Positions 9,801 to 18,199 of a stretch of 52,102 nt of DNA are shown here, piece by piece; positions within the stretch are counted from its first letter, which is position 1; each line of letters starts with the position of its first letter. Source of the stretch: a candidate division WOR-3 bacterium (GTDB lineage Bacteria > Hydrothermota > Tepidihabitantia > Tepidihabitantales > Tepidihabitantaceae); NCBI GenBank assembly GCA_965648905.1, contig CBFGIT010000007.1:72805-124906 (forward strand), given 5' to 3'. The notes beneath the pieces are model-generated. The model was not told the DNA's origin, did not search any database, and was given only the letters and a program-made list of their open reading frames with translations. The translations under genes were made by a program, and so were the position numbers.

Positions 9801-10700
9801 ACCAAGTTCTATTCCCTGCCCGGACTCGAACTGGGCCGGGGCAGCGGCCGGCTCGAGGAAGGTACGGTAGATTTCCGCGCCACGGTTCCGGTCTGGTCCG
9901 GATTCGACACCGTCTTTGTCCCTGATGGATACTATGCGCCAGTCGTCAGGTCGTGTCGTCTGAGCGCATCGGTCTGGTCGGACTCGATCGACCTGAGCAT
10001 CCTGGCCGATACGCTGCCGTTCACGACCGTACGGACAGCATCGCCCGACAGTGCCGGGCCGGTGGTCAGTTTCTGGACCCGGGGCCAGCGCCTCCAGGAC
10101 AATGCACGGGTTCCGAGTGAATTCGACCTCGAGCTGGTTATCGAAGACGAATCCGGCGTGATGATCGCCCCGGTCCCGGGTGCAACCCCGCTTTTCTTTG
10201 TCAACGACCGGCGCGGCGCTGTCGACCTGACCGACCAACTAGTCTTCGATGAGAATCGCAGCACCGTAGCCCGGTATCGCACCGAGGTGGCGCTTGCCGG
10301 CCCGACCGACTCGCTCTGCGCGCTCGTGTCGGACAATCAACTCAACCGCACTGCAACGCGGGTGGTGGTCCGGCCGGTCGGTTCAAACGTGCTCGCGGTT
10401 GACTCAGTACTGGTCTATCCTAACCCGGTGCAGCGTGACGCCCGATTCACGTTTGAGCTCAATTCCCCGGCGACCTGCCGTGTCAGAATCTACACCCTTG
10501 CCGGCCGCCTGGTCCGCGACCTAGGTGACCATCCCGGAACCTTTGGCTACAACGAGGTCTACTGGGATGGCCGTGACCAGGACGGCACACACCTGCCCAA
10601 CGGCGTGTACCTGTTCACGCTCGCGGCCCGAGCCTTTGACCCGGGCCGCGAGCAACGCGTGCTCAGGCGCGACCGACTCATCGTCTGGCGCGGGCGCTGA
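6861..10700 (+). CDS. porU: C25 (gingipain-family) cysteine peptidase, PorU-like sortase with C-terminal FlgD-Ig/T9SS-type domain
   Basis: C25 propeptide-like N-terminus, YGLLVGDA, catalytic FGHG and GSCSVG. C-terminal VYPNP...IYTLAGRLVR...WDGRD...NGVYL. Adjacent to a porV-like gene. Confidence 0.8.
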   Translation: MRKHPLLLLFCPAVLAASIQTIASGSNTVSFVYEPGKPTLALTAEGAHQLDLPDADHLAEPGELDLPSKVVRVGVPQAGGVSVSSTVVPGPVFEDVTPGTVARFSYEPDTAWFDAPGTDTRPVVETGPIEQLRGVRFVTITIRPASYDAGSRRLSVAQQVRVQVRFDHTAQTNPRTDPLDNCLRQMLLNGEQAVDWKLDPPGALPNPYARASAWLKIQVDSTALYGISGRELAAAGVPISGLDPAGLALFGVGDHEPCRTYPDSLTPVPILVRGEEDGRLDPNDQVVFYGLGPSRWLKRDSAYRTNLYTRYNVYWLTWGGARGARIRTGLAPDTAGTRVVRTGREVVRLEKDLDCPARSGLLWIWTMFLKSTEGEATSINIPLELSAPTRFRGLRGRFISPDTGNYQLLLRLLVNGRQVGPEYAFGQSLPSAPFEFALDTTLPLAYQRNTLTVEIGGASGKRAYLDFLELEHEKRLSLSSGRLHFFHDDTGTFRFLLTDLPDTPLVLDVTDNHAPRLCPLRLEPGDSATVCLRVPRPAEFAAAVPGSLRSPVSMTMRRPGGLLSGLRQADYWIVVPRSFSSPAQMFARYRTGRIPGVSRARADVALLDDIYDDYSLGMEEPAAIKRFFADKQPAYGLLVGDATCDYRNILGQKIDGVPAYEYGLGLNPDALDRTAAAFDAWYADFEGEGASPDMILGRVTPRTAEAFRRFADKVVTYETGPVGFWNKRFLLLADDEFLGEPGRPDLIRFTHIDQCEAMAVLPDNLLQPVKVYLTEHQFAGTRNKPGANEELMRELNRGGLLFFFFGHGSGFDLTHESVLNISRVPLINNEGRTPFCYFGSCSVGRFEDTQFECIAEEMVRMNGGAIGAVAATKATTSASNGVFARNLLTPLVAMPDSTVGQSFFRAWPTDRLYHLFGDPAVVLRLPRPSSQTLAVAPDTVQPGQRLRASAVVESPRGRYDWVLSGPRRVRFYCSPNPTMGTKFYSLPGLELGRGSGRLEEGTVDFRATVPVWSGFDTVFVPDGYYAPVVRSCRLSASVWSDSIDLSILADTLPFTTVRTASPDSAGPVVSFWTRGQRLQDNARVPSEFDLELVIEDESGVMIAPVPGATPLFFVNDRRGAVDLTDQLVFDENRSTVARYRTEVALAGPTDSLCALVSDNQLNRTATRVVVRPVGSNVLAVDSVLVYPNPVQRDARFTFELNSPATCRVRIYTLAGRLVRDLGDHPGTFGYNEVYWDGRDQDGTHLPNGVYLFTLAARAFDPGREQRVLRRDRLIVWRGR

Positions 10701-10709
10701 CCGGTCAGC

Positions 10710-10738
10710 TTGACCATGTTTGCTGCGTCGCCTATAAT
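10710..10738 (+). promoter_or_regulatory. Sigma70-type promoter
   Basis: TTGACC-17bp-TATAAT. A Shine-Dalgarno AGGAGG precedes ATG 10769. Confidence 0.75.
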
Positions 10739-10768
10739 CTCTCTGTGCTCCAAAAAGGAGGCATCTTC

Positions 10769-11884
10769 ATGAGGCACAAAGCCTGCTGGCTGGTGCTGGC
10801 TGTCCTTGTCGGGGTAGCCGGTGCAAGCCAAAACCCGGGCGCGGTCTTCCTGATGATCTGGCCCGCGGCTCGACCAACCGCTCTTGCCGGAGCGTTCACT
10901 GCGATTGCCGACGACGCAAGCGCACTCTACTACCATCAGGGTGGTCTGGCGTTCCTCGAAAGGACACATGCTACACTGATGCACTCGAACTGGCTGCCCG
11001 GGCTCTATCCCGGCATGTACTACGAGTACGCGGCGCTGTCTCATCAGGTTCGAAACTACGGCAACGTCGGCGCCAACGTCATCTACCTGACGACCGGCGA
11101 GACCGACGTCATCAATGAGCGGGGCGAGTTCCTCGGCCGGTACACCACCTTCGATGTTGCGGTCGGGGCTGGCTACGGTTATCCCGTGCTCACCAATCTG
11201 GGCATTGGGTTCGGCGCCAAGTTCATCTACTCGTTCCTCGTCCCGGAATGGGTCTGGAAGGTCATGCCCGAGCTCGGCATCGAGCGTGGCGGCACCGGCA
11301 TCACTTGGGCGCTTGATGCCGGGGCGTTGTACAAGCCGTTTTCGTTTCTTTCTGCCGGTCTCTCTCTCTCGAACCTCGGACCGAACATCGCCTACACCTC
11401 CTCGGGCGAATCTGACCCGATACCCCGGATGCTCCGTCTTGGTCTCGCCTACTACCCGGTCAAGAACAAACTGGTCAAGGTCGGCATCACGCCAGAAGTC
11501 TCCAAGATAATCGTCGGCATGTTCTACGACACGACCGGCATCAAGCCGTTCAGCCGCAAGCTGTCAGAAGAACTGCGCGACGCCTGGAAGAGCTTCGGCG
11601 TCGAGGCGACCTTTGCCAATCTGCTGCACGCCCGGGTCGGGTACTTTGAGGACCTGACCGGTCAGCGCGGCGGCATCGTACTCGAGAACGAGTCTGGCCA
11701 GACCTATCACTACGGTCTGGGCGACGTGCTCACCCGCCAGGACCTGGGCAAGTTCAAGTCCCTGGGTCTCTGCTTTGGCGGTGGGCTTGAGTACGCCGGG
11801 TTCAAGTTCGACCTGAGTGTGGACAAACTCATCTACGACTTCTCTACCGACAACTACAAGTTCTCGCTTTCGTACCGATTCTAA
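10769..11884 (+). CDS. porV: PorV/PorQ-family outer-membrane beta-barrel
   Basis: FLMIWPAARPTALAGAFTAIADDASALYYHQGGLAF N-terminal signature, NWLP, SNLGPNI and terminal YRF. Confidence 0.85.
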   Translation: MRHKACWLVLAVLVGVAGASQNPGAVFLMIWPAARPTALAGAFTAIADDASALYYHQGGLAFLERTHATLMHSNWLPGLYPGMYYEYAALSHQVRNYGNVGANVIYLTTGETDVINERGEFLGRYTTFDVAVGAGYGYPVLTNLGIGFGAKFIYSFLVPEWVWKVMPELGIERGGTGITWALDAGALYKPFSFLSAGLSLSNLGPNIAYTSSGESDPIPRMLRLGLAYYPVKNKLVKVGITPEVSKIIVGMFYDTTGIKPFSRKLSEELRDAWKSFGVEATFANLLHARVGYFEDLTGQRGGIVLENESGQTYHYGLGDVLTRQDLGKFKSLGLCFGGGLEYAGFKFDLSVDKLIYDFSTDNYKFSLSYRF

Positions 11885-11931
11885 CGAGAGCGAGCGGACG
11901 ATGACCCTACAGCCTGCGACCCGAGGCGATA

Positions 11932-13248
11932 ATGCCTAATCTGGTCGTGGTCGGCGCGCAGTGGGGTGACGAAGGCAAGGGCAAGATGGCCGACTATCTT
12001 GCCCAGAGCGCCGACATGGTAGTTCGCTACCAGGGAGGTCCTAACGCCGGACACACTGTTTGCCTGGAAGGCCGCGAGCTGACCTTCCATCAGGTACCAT
12101 CAGGTATCACTAATTCCCGAGCACAATGCATCATTGGCTGCGGCTGCGTGGTTGACCCATATGTGTTCAACCGTGAGCTGACCGAGCTGCGCCGACATAA
12201 GATTCGACCCGGCAGTCGCCTGGCCGTTGACCGCCGGGCCCACATGATTCTGCCCTACCACCGATTGCTCGACCGGCTTCAGGACTCAGTCGGTGACACG
12301 ACCGAAAAGCGTACACCCCTGCTCGGTACCACGGGCCAGGGCATCGGTCCGGCCTACCGCGACAAGTACAGCCGGATCGGAATCCGCGCTGAAGACCTGA
12401 GTTCCGAAGAGCTGCTCGCCCACAAGATGAAGCGGAACCTGGCCGCGGCGAACTTCCTGCTCATGGAGCTGTACAAGGCTGAGCCGCTCAGCTTCAAGAG
12501 GCTGTTCGCCGAGTACTGGCAGGCGACGAGGACAATTGCCCGGCTGACGACTGATGGCGCCTCAATGATCGAAGCGGCCCTTTGCCGTGGTGACCGGGTT
12601 CTCTTCGAAGGTGCACAGGGCATGCACCTGGACATTGACTTAGGAACATATCCCTACGTGACATCGTCGTCAACCTGGGTCGGCGGCGTCGCTCCAGGAA
12701 CCGGCATTAGCCCGCTCTGGCTTGAACAGGCAGTCGGCATCGCCAAGGCCTACACCACCCGGGTCGGTCAAGGACCGTTTCCGACTGAACTCGACCTAGC
12801 CGATGCCGATAACCTGAGAAGACTCGGCCACGAATACGGCGCGACCACGGGCCGGCCCCGGCGCTGCGGCTGGTTCGATGCGCCGCTGGTGCGGGCTGCG
12901 GTGCGGTACAACCGGCTCGGCGCTCTGATTATCACCAAGCTTGACGTCCTCGACACACTGGCGACCATCAAGGTCTGCCATTCGTACCGACTGGGCAGTC
13001 GAACTATCAGTGAATTCGACCCACAGATTGCCGTCGAGCTCGAACCGCAGTACTTCGAGCTGGAAGGCTGGCAGACGTCGACCGCTTCCTGTCGAACCTG
13101 GCGCGAACTGCCGACCCGCGCCCGGCGCTACCTGTCCAGACTCGAAGAACTCGTGAACTGCCCGATTGCCGTCGTCTCGACCGGCAAGGACCGCAACCAG
13201 ACCATTGTCATCCAACCAACCAGATTAGCATGGCTGAAATCCCGGTGA
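11932..13248 (+). CDS. purA: Adenylosuccinate synthetase
   Basis: GAQWGDEGKGK, GGPNAGHT, EGAQG, GTYPYVTSS and TTGRPRRCGWFD. Confidence 0.98.
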   Translation: MPNLVVVGAQWGDEGKGKMADYLAQSADMVVRYQGGPNAGHTVCLEGRELTFHQVPSGITNSRAQCIIGCGCVVDPYVFNRELTELRRHKIRPGSRLAVDRRAHMILPYHRLLDRLQDSVGDTTEKRTPLLGTTGQGIGPAYRDKYSRIGIRAEDLSSEELLAHKMKRNLAAANFLLMELYKAEPLSFKRLFAEYWQATRTIARLTTDGASMIEAALCRGDRVLFEGAQGMHLDIDLGTYPYVTSSSTWVGGVAPGTGISPLWLEQAVGIAKAYTTRVGQGPFPTELDLADADNLRRLGHEYGATTGRPRRCGWFDAPLVRAAVRYNRLGALIITKLDVLDTLATIKVCHSYRLGSRTISEFDPQIAVELEPQYFELEGWQTSTASCRTWRELPTRARRYLSRLEELVNCPIAVVSTGKDRNQTIVIQPTRLAWLKSR

Positions 13249-13892
13249 TGCGCCGGGTTCTGGCGAGCAACGATGCGCTCGCCGCCCGGCAACTTGAAGA
13301 ACTCAACCGCCACAAGGTCGTATCAGTCAACATCATGTCCGGTCCGGGCGCGGGCAAGACCACCCTGGTCGAGCGCACAATCGAGGCCCTCGGCCGCACC
13401 GTCCGAATCCACGTCATCGAAGGCGACATTCAGGGCGATCTTGACGCTCAACGGGTCATCACCCGGGGCGCGGCCTGCACGCAGATAAACACCCAGGGCG
13501 CGTGCCACCTCGACGCTCTGATGCTTGAGCCCGCTCTCGCTGGCATCGACTTCGCCGACGTTGACCTGCTCCTGATTGAAAACATTGGCAACCTGGTCTG
13601 CCCGGCCGAGTTCACCCTACCGGCCCATGCCAACGTCACCCTCGTCTCTACGCCCGAAGGCAGCGACAAACCGGCCAAGTACCCGCTGATGTTTTCCAAA
13701 TCGGACCTCGTCGTCATCACCAAGATTGACCTGCTCCCGTACGTTGATTTCGATGCCGACGCCGTCAAGACCTCGGTCCATCGACTCAAGCCGGTTCTGC
13801 CGATAATCGAACTCTCATGCCGCACCGGCGCCGGGCTTGACAGGTGGCTCGACTGGCTCGAAGACCAGCTCAATCAACCGCTTGGAGAATGA
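13230..13892 (+). CDS. hypB: Hydrogenase nickel-incorporation GTPase HypB
   Basis: GPGAGKTT, IEGD, GACHLDA, ENIGNLVCP, EGSDKPAKYP and TKIDL. Confidence 0.96.
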   Translation: MAEIPVMRRVLASNDALAARQLEELNRHKVVSVNIMSGPGAGKTTLVERTIEALGRTVRIHVIEGDIQGDLDAQRVITRGAACTQINTQGACHLDALMLEPALAGIDFADVDLLLIENIGNLVCPAEFTLPAHANVTLVSTPEGSDKPAKYPLMFSKSDLVVITKIDLLPYVDFDADAVKTSVHRLKPVLPIIELSCRTGAGLDRWLDWLEDQLNQPLGE

Positions 13893-14245
13893 ACCGGTCT
13901 CTGCTCGTCTGCTTCTTCTGTCTGACGCTTCTGACCGCCTGCGGCCCACAGACCTACCTCGACATCACGACCGAATCCCTGCGAAACGGCCAGGTCGGAA
14001 CGCCGTATGCCGACACAATCAGGACCACAGGCGGACACGGACGCATCATGGTACGAGTGCTCTCTGGTCAGTTGCCACCCGGCATCGGACTCAGGTCTCA
14101 AGACAGCTTCGCAATCCTCGACGGTACTCCGAGCCTCGACGGTCAGTACCTCTTCACGGTCGAGGCCTGCGACCGGTACGGAGATAGCCTTTCACGGAGC
14201 GGCCAAGTTGTGTCTCAGGGCTTTGTCCTGACCGTCCTGCCCTAG
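13889..14245 (+). CDS. Small lipoprotein with putative Ig (He_PIG-like) domain
   Basis: ATGA overlap with the hypB stop. Lipobox LTAC. ITTESL..GQVGTPY...GQLPPGI...GTP...FTVEA pattern. Confidence 0.75.
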   Translation: MNRSLLVCFFCLTLLTACGPQTYLDITTESLRNGQVGTPYADTIRTTGGHGRIMVRVLSGQLPPGIGLRSQDSFAILDGTPSLDGQYLFTVEACDRYGDSLSRSGQVVSQGFVLTVLP

Positions 14246-14327
14246 TCCGACTACGCTCAACATCATCCCGCCTGCAGTTCGGTCTCAGTGTCGTTATGAA
14301 GCCGGGTCCGAGTTCTGGCATGAGGAT

Positions 14328-14921
14328 TTGGGTCGAACGTGGATTCGGGTATGCGGCCTTCTGGTGATGCTGGTCGGCCTTGGCCTGTTCGCTTGCAGCA
14401 AGGTGCCAAAGCTTGAACAGAAGCCTGTCCTGCACGAGAATGTACGCATGAGCTACTCCTCTCCTGCCCGAGTCGTGGTGCGGTTCGCCGGGCCTGACGG
14501 CAACCCGACCGCACCGGAGACCGTGGCCATGGTCGTGAAGCCGGATTCAGAGTGGCAGCGTCTGCTCACGCCCGAGCAGTATCGCATCGCGCGCGGCCGC
14601 GGCACCGAACCGGCCTTCTGCGGTGGGCTCCTGACAAACAAGGAATCAGGCCTGTACCGGTGTGTCTGCTGCAGTTTGCCGCTCTTCTCTTCAGACACCA
14701 AGTTCGAGTCCGGTACTGGCTGGCCGAGCTTCTTTCGCCCATTCGCACCCGAGAACATCACCGAGCATGACGACCGTAGCTTGGGCATGAACCGAGTAGA
14801 AATCCTCTGCACCCTGTGCGGCGCGCACCTGGGTCACGTCTTCCCAGACGGGCCCAGGCCGACCGGACTCCGCTACTGCCTGAACTCTGCCGCGCTCGTA
14901 TTCACCCCGCAGTTACGCTGA
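14328..14921 (+). CDS. msrB: Peptide-methionine (R)-S-oxide reductase, lipoprotein-type (start uncertain)
   Basis: LTPEQY...GTE, KFESGTGWPSF, HLGHVFPDGP and RYCLNS. Two Zn CxxC motifs. Lipobox LFAC. Confidence 0.95.
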   Translation: MGRTWIRVCGLLVMLVGLGLFACSKVPKLEQKPVLHENVRMSYSSPARVVVRFAGPDGNPTAPETVAMVVKPDSEWQRLLTPEQYRIARGRGTEPAFCGGLLTNKESGLYRCVCCSLPLFSSDTKFESGTGWPSFFRPFAPENITEHDDRSLGMNRVEILCTLCGAHLGHVFPDGPRPTGLRYCLNSAALVFTPQLR

Positions 14922-14943
14922 ATCGGCCGGGCGGCCTGGAACA

Positions 14944-14972
14944 GAGCGGGCCCTCTCATCGAGGGCCCGCTC
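14944..14972. terminator. Hairpin between convergent genes (probable terminator)
   Basis: gagcgggccctc-tcatc-gagggcccgctc forms a perfect 12-bp stem. No clear U-tract. Confidence 0.65.
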
Positions 14973-14989
14973 CAGGAAGCTAGACTGAC

Positions 14990-16834
14990 CTACCTACCGG
15001 TGTTGAACAGGTTCTTCTGCCACTTCGGCCAGGGGGCCGAAGTGTCGAGCGGCCGTTCCGGGTAACCTTTCACCAGGTAGACCGCTTCTTTGCCCGCAAC
15101 TACGATGTTCCCTTCGGCCGTAATGGTCGGGTTGGCATCGTAGTCATACAGCTCCATGTTCCGCGCGCGGGGAACCGGCCGCCGAGGCAGAGCCTTGCGG
15201 CAGTCACAGACCCAGACTGTATCGCCGGTTGCGCGGTCCGCGCAGTATAGCACGTCATCGGCGTTCTGAGCATACACGTATCCGCCTTGGACGATTATCG
15301 GCGTGGTGTTGAACTCGGTGTTGCCATAGAAGTGGCGCCACATCGCCGTGCCGTTGTCCTTATTGAACTTGTAGAACCGGCCGACTTGGGTTCCAAGGTA
15401 GATGTTACCGTCCGCGTCAACCGCAGGCCGCGTGCCCAGACCATAGGTCGTGGTGTAACCCGGCGAGGGCCACTTCAGGGTTCCATCCGGGTTGACCGCA
15501 TAAAGCCGGGCCGGGTCACTGGGCTGCTCACCCTCCGACGTGCAGTAGATGACGCCGTCTTTCCCGATGACCACGCCGTTGATGGCCTTGTTGGGAATGA
15601 GCAACTGCCGCCACTGGAAGTCGAAATTCGGTCCGAACTTGTAGAGGTAGCCTGATTCAGTACCGAAAAAGACGTTGCCTGATGCATCGATCACCGGCGC
15701 ATCGACCATCGGGGAATTGAGCGCGTAGGGCGCAAGCCGGGTCACAGTCGTGCCGTTGTCGATGAAACAGAAGAAGGAGTCGCTTTCGCTGCCGATGTAG
15801 ATCTTGTTACCGCTGATTGCCGGCGCACCCCACGACTCGCCGGTCAGCGATTCTTCACGGTTCTTGCCCGGATAGCGCCACTCGACACTGAGGTTCGCAA
15901 CCTTCAGAGCGTACAGCTCGCCCTCATCGCTGCCGACGATGATGTGCTGAGTCGCCTGGCAGAATGCCGCGTGACCGTTGAACGTGTAGTCGGTGAACTT
16001 GGTCGCGGCACTGGCTGCTGAGCGATAGGGTCGAAAGTCATTGACCTTAATGGCATAGAACTTGGGTGGATCAGCATCGTCGCAACCGCCAAAGATGCAG
16101 TCCACGGTTCCATTCGAGGCCAGCACCAACGAAGTGTTGAGCGTACCTTCATCTTCCTTGTGGTTCATCCACCAGTTGATCACGCCGCCGGCTGGACCGA
16201 CCACCAGTCCGAATCTCGCGGTGTCTGAAACCGCTCCCTTGACGTCCTGGGCAATCGCCTTGACGTAGACCGTGTCGGCCTTGGAGTATACGTGGGTCAG
16301 CTCGAGCGTGCACGGACTAGGTACCACCGACGAAGTCGTGTCCTTGTCGTCGCCGAACCTGATTTTCACCGAGATGCTGTCACCGTCCGGGTCGCGGGCA
16401 AACACGGTGAAGCGGGTCTCGGCCTGGATTGCCGTGTAGGTCGGCGCGACAACACTGTCAATCACCGGCGCGTCATTGGGCAGCACGGTGATGGACGCAG
16501 GTTCGGACCACTCTGAAGCCTTGTCTTCCTTGTCGGCCAGAAACGCCATGACCTTCAAGCTGAAAGTCCCGGCATTGGTCCAACGGTGGGACACTTTGAC
16601 CTTGACGCCCGATTCCTTTTCCTTCGTCGTGTCAGGCTTGCTGTTGTCGCCCCAATCCATGACATACTTGATGCTGCCTTTGGCTGTGGTTACGACTTCG
16701 TGTTCGGTCGTCTGGCCGACCCATGCCTGAGTCGGCCCGGTCGGCTTGTCCGGCTGAGCCGGGGGCTTCTTCCCGCAGCCAACCAAGAGGGCCAGTACGG
16801 CCACCGCAACTATCGCTAGACTTCTTGAATTCAC
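14990..16834 (-). CDS. Lipoprotein with two PKD-like domains and a PQQ-like (BamB-type) beta-propeller
   Basis: Lipobox LVGC. DWGD/FGD PKD motifs. Repeated P.ID..G.IY.G...G.LYA...G...W blades. GGAGG Shine-Dalgarno. Confidence 0.8.
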   Translation of the reverse strand: MNSRSLAIVAVAVLALLVGCGKKPPAQPDKPTGPTQAWVGQTTEHEVVTTAKGSIKYVMDWGDNSKPDTTKEKESGVKVKVSHRWTNAGTFSLKVMAFLADKEDKASEWSEPASITVLPNDAPVIDSVVAPTYTAIQAETRFTVFARDPDGDSISVKIRFGDDKDTTSSVVPSPCTLELTHVYSKADTVYVKAIAQDVKGAVSDTARFGLVVGPAGGVINWWMNHKEDEGTLNTSLVLASNGTVDCIFGGCDDADPPKFYAIKVNDFRPYRSAASAATKFTDYTFNGHAAFCQATQHIIVGSDEGELYALKVANLSVEWRYPGKNREESLTGESWGAPAISGNKIYIGSESDSFFCFIDNGTTVTRLAPYALNSPMVDAPVIDASGNVFFGTESGYLYKFGPNFDFQWRQLLIPNKAINGVVIGKDGVIYCTSEGEQPSDPARLYAVNPDGTLKWPSPGYTTTYGLGTRPAVDADGNIYLGTQVGRFYKFNKDNGTAMWRHFYGNTEFNTTPIIVQGGYVYAQNADDVLYCADRATGDTVWVCDCRKALPRRPVPRARNMELYDYDANPTITAEGNIVVAGKEAVYLVKGYPERPLDTSAPWPKWQKNLFNTGR

Positions 16835-16868
16835 TCGAGACCTCCTTTGTCTGCTCGACCGGACTCCC

Positions 16869-17921
16869 TCAGAAGTCGGTCCAGCCCAGGTTGAAGTTGG
16901 TCACCACCGGCCCGTGGAACACCCCGCGCTCAGGGATACGGCAGGTTCCACCCCTGCCATCCTCAAAGTAGAAGTAGTAGTCGTGCTGTCGGCCCTCGAA
17001 CGTCCGGACCTTGCACGAATACAGGCCGTCGTACGACTTACCTGCAACTCGCTCCATCTGCCGCGGGATGCCGTCAACGTAGACCATGGCCAGAGCAGCC
17101 GGGTCTGAGTCAACGTCTCGGTAGTTGACCAGGAATTTGAAGGTCGTGGATGAACTGCCGGCCGCAGGCGTGACCTTTGGGTCAAGTAGAACTGGCGCGA
17201 TGTTGGGTCGTCCGGTCACCTCAGGCCCACGCAGAAACCCGTGCTTCGGGTGCATCACGCAGTCACCCCGCTCGTCAATCGCTCCAAAGTAGTATGCGTG
17301 GGGGCCGGCCGGGAGCCGTACCTGGTAGAGGTACGTGCCGTCATAGGGGCTACCCTTGTGCAGCTTCATGTCGTGCCAGATGCCATCCACGGCCACGCAG
17401 ATGCGACGTGGTTGTTCAATATCGTCTCTGTCTTTGTAGTGGACAGTGAACGTGTAAACCGCGTAGTCGTCACCTTCCTCGAAGTAGACACCGCCATCGG
17501 TCAAGACCGGCAGGCGGTTGTAGCGCTCGCGCTGCCCGACAAACGGCCCGGGTTTGGCGCCGTAGCGCGGCCACCGTTCGCTCGCGCCGCGTGCGTCCTC
17601 AGCAGAGAAGTAGTAGGTGTGCTCGCCCGGCGGCAGGGTCAACCGAGCACGGTAGGTGCCCCGTGCAGCGCGTCCGGAGACGAGACGCATCGGGTAGGCC
17701 TGACCGCTGATATAGACTTCAACCCGAGCCGGTGCGTCACCGTCCGGGTCTTCGTAGTCCACCATGGCCACGTAGACCGTACGGGCCGTGCCTTCAGAAG
17801 GGATGATGCTGGCGCGACAGAGGCAGGGCTTGTGATTCTCCGCTGCCGCGGCTGGAGATACGGACAGTAGGACAAGCAGAATGACCGAAGCTGCGGCAAA
17901 AGCGTCATGCTGTTTGCGCAT
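16869..17921 (-). CDS. Secreted protein with three ~100-aa Ig-like repeats
   Basis: Start chosen from the AAAGGAGG Shine-Dalgarno. Signal peptide. Three repeats of V.Y.D.D.D/..V.V.G....M....G....G.Y....H.YYF...D.RG...GP.V. Confidence 0.75.
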   Translation of the reverse strand: MRKQHDAFAAASVILLVLLSVSPAAAAENHKPCLCRASIIPSEGTARTVYVAMVDYEDPDGDAPARVEVYISGQAYPMRLVSGRAARGTYRARLTLPPGEHTYYFSAEDARGASERWPRYGAKPGPFVGQRERYNRLPVLTDGGVYFEEGDDYAVYTFTVHYKDRDDIEQPRRICVAVDGIWHDMKLHKGSPYDGTYLYQVRLPAGPHAYYFGAIDERGDCVMHPKHGFLRGPEVTGRPNIAPVLLDPKVTPAAGSSSTTFKFLVNYRDVDSDPAALAMVYVDGIPRQMERVAGKSYDGLYSCKVRTFEGRQHDYYFYFEDGRGGTCRIPERGVFHGPVVTNFNLGWTDF

Positions 17922-18117
17922 TCTTCCTCCTTTTTCTTTCGTCAGCGCGTTCTGGTCATCGGCACCTGAGTTGATGGGTGTTAGAGCTGGGCTACTCATC
18001 CCGCACGATACCCTGCAGACGGACTGCCGCGACGTGCCGACAGCCGATCATGTTGTTGGACAGGATAGTGAAGTCGGAACGTCCCGGCCACGAGCGCCGG
18101 CCAGGATGGGCAGCAGG

Positions 18118-18142
18118 TAAGCCCAAACACTATATTATGTTA
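18118..18142. promoter_or_regulatory. 25-bp TAA...TTA box
   Basis: (g)taagcccaaacactatattatgtta(g), preceded by a weakly 12-periodic tract at about 17960-18117. Confidence 0.55.
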
Positions 18143-18164
18143 GCCAGCCTCAAGGACATGTCAA
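18137..18164 (-). promoter_or_regulatory. Putative promoter for the 17921/16834 genes
   Basis: Minus strand TTGACA-16bp-TAACAT. The -10 overlaps the 25-bp box. Confidence 0.55.
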
Positions 18165-18199
18165 CATAAGCCGTCATGCACGTATCGGTTGATTCCGGC

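Noticed and set aside
14328..14921. Selenocysteine recoding in msrB or hyp genes
   Set aside because: The catalytic positions are Cys codons and there are no in-frame TGA interruptions.
18118..18145. Chromosomal dif site
   Set aside because: The XerD-like arm TTATGTTAG is present, but the left arm does not fit XerC (no ...ATAA) and related boxes recur. I treat it as part of the box family.
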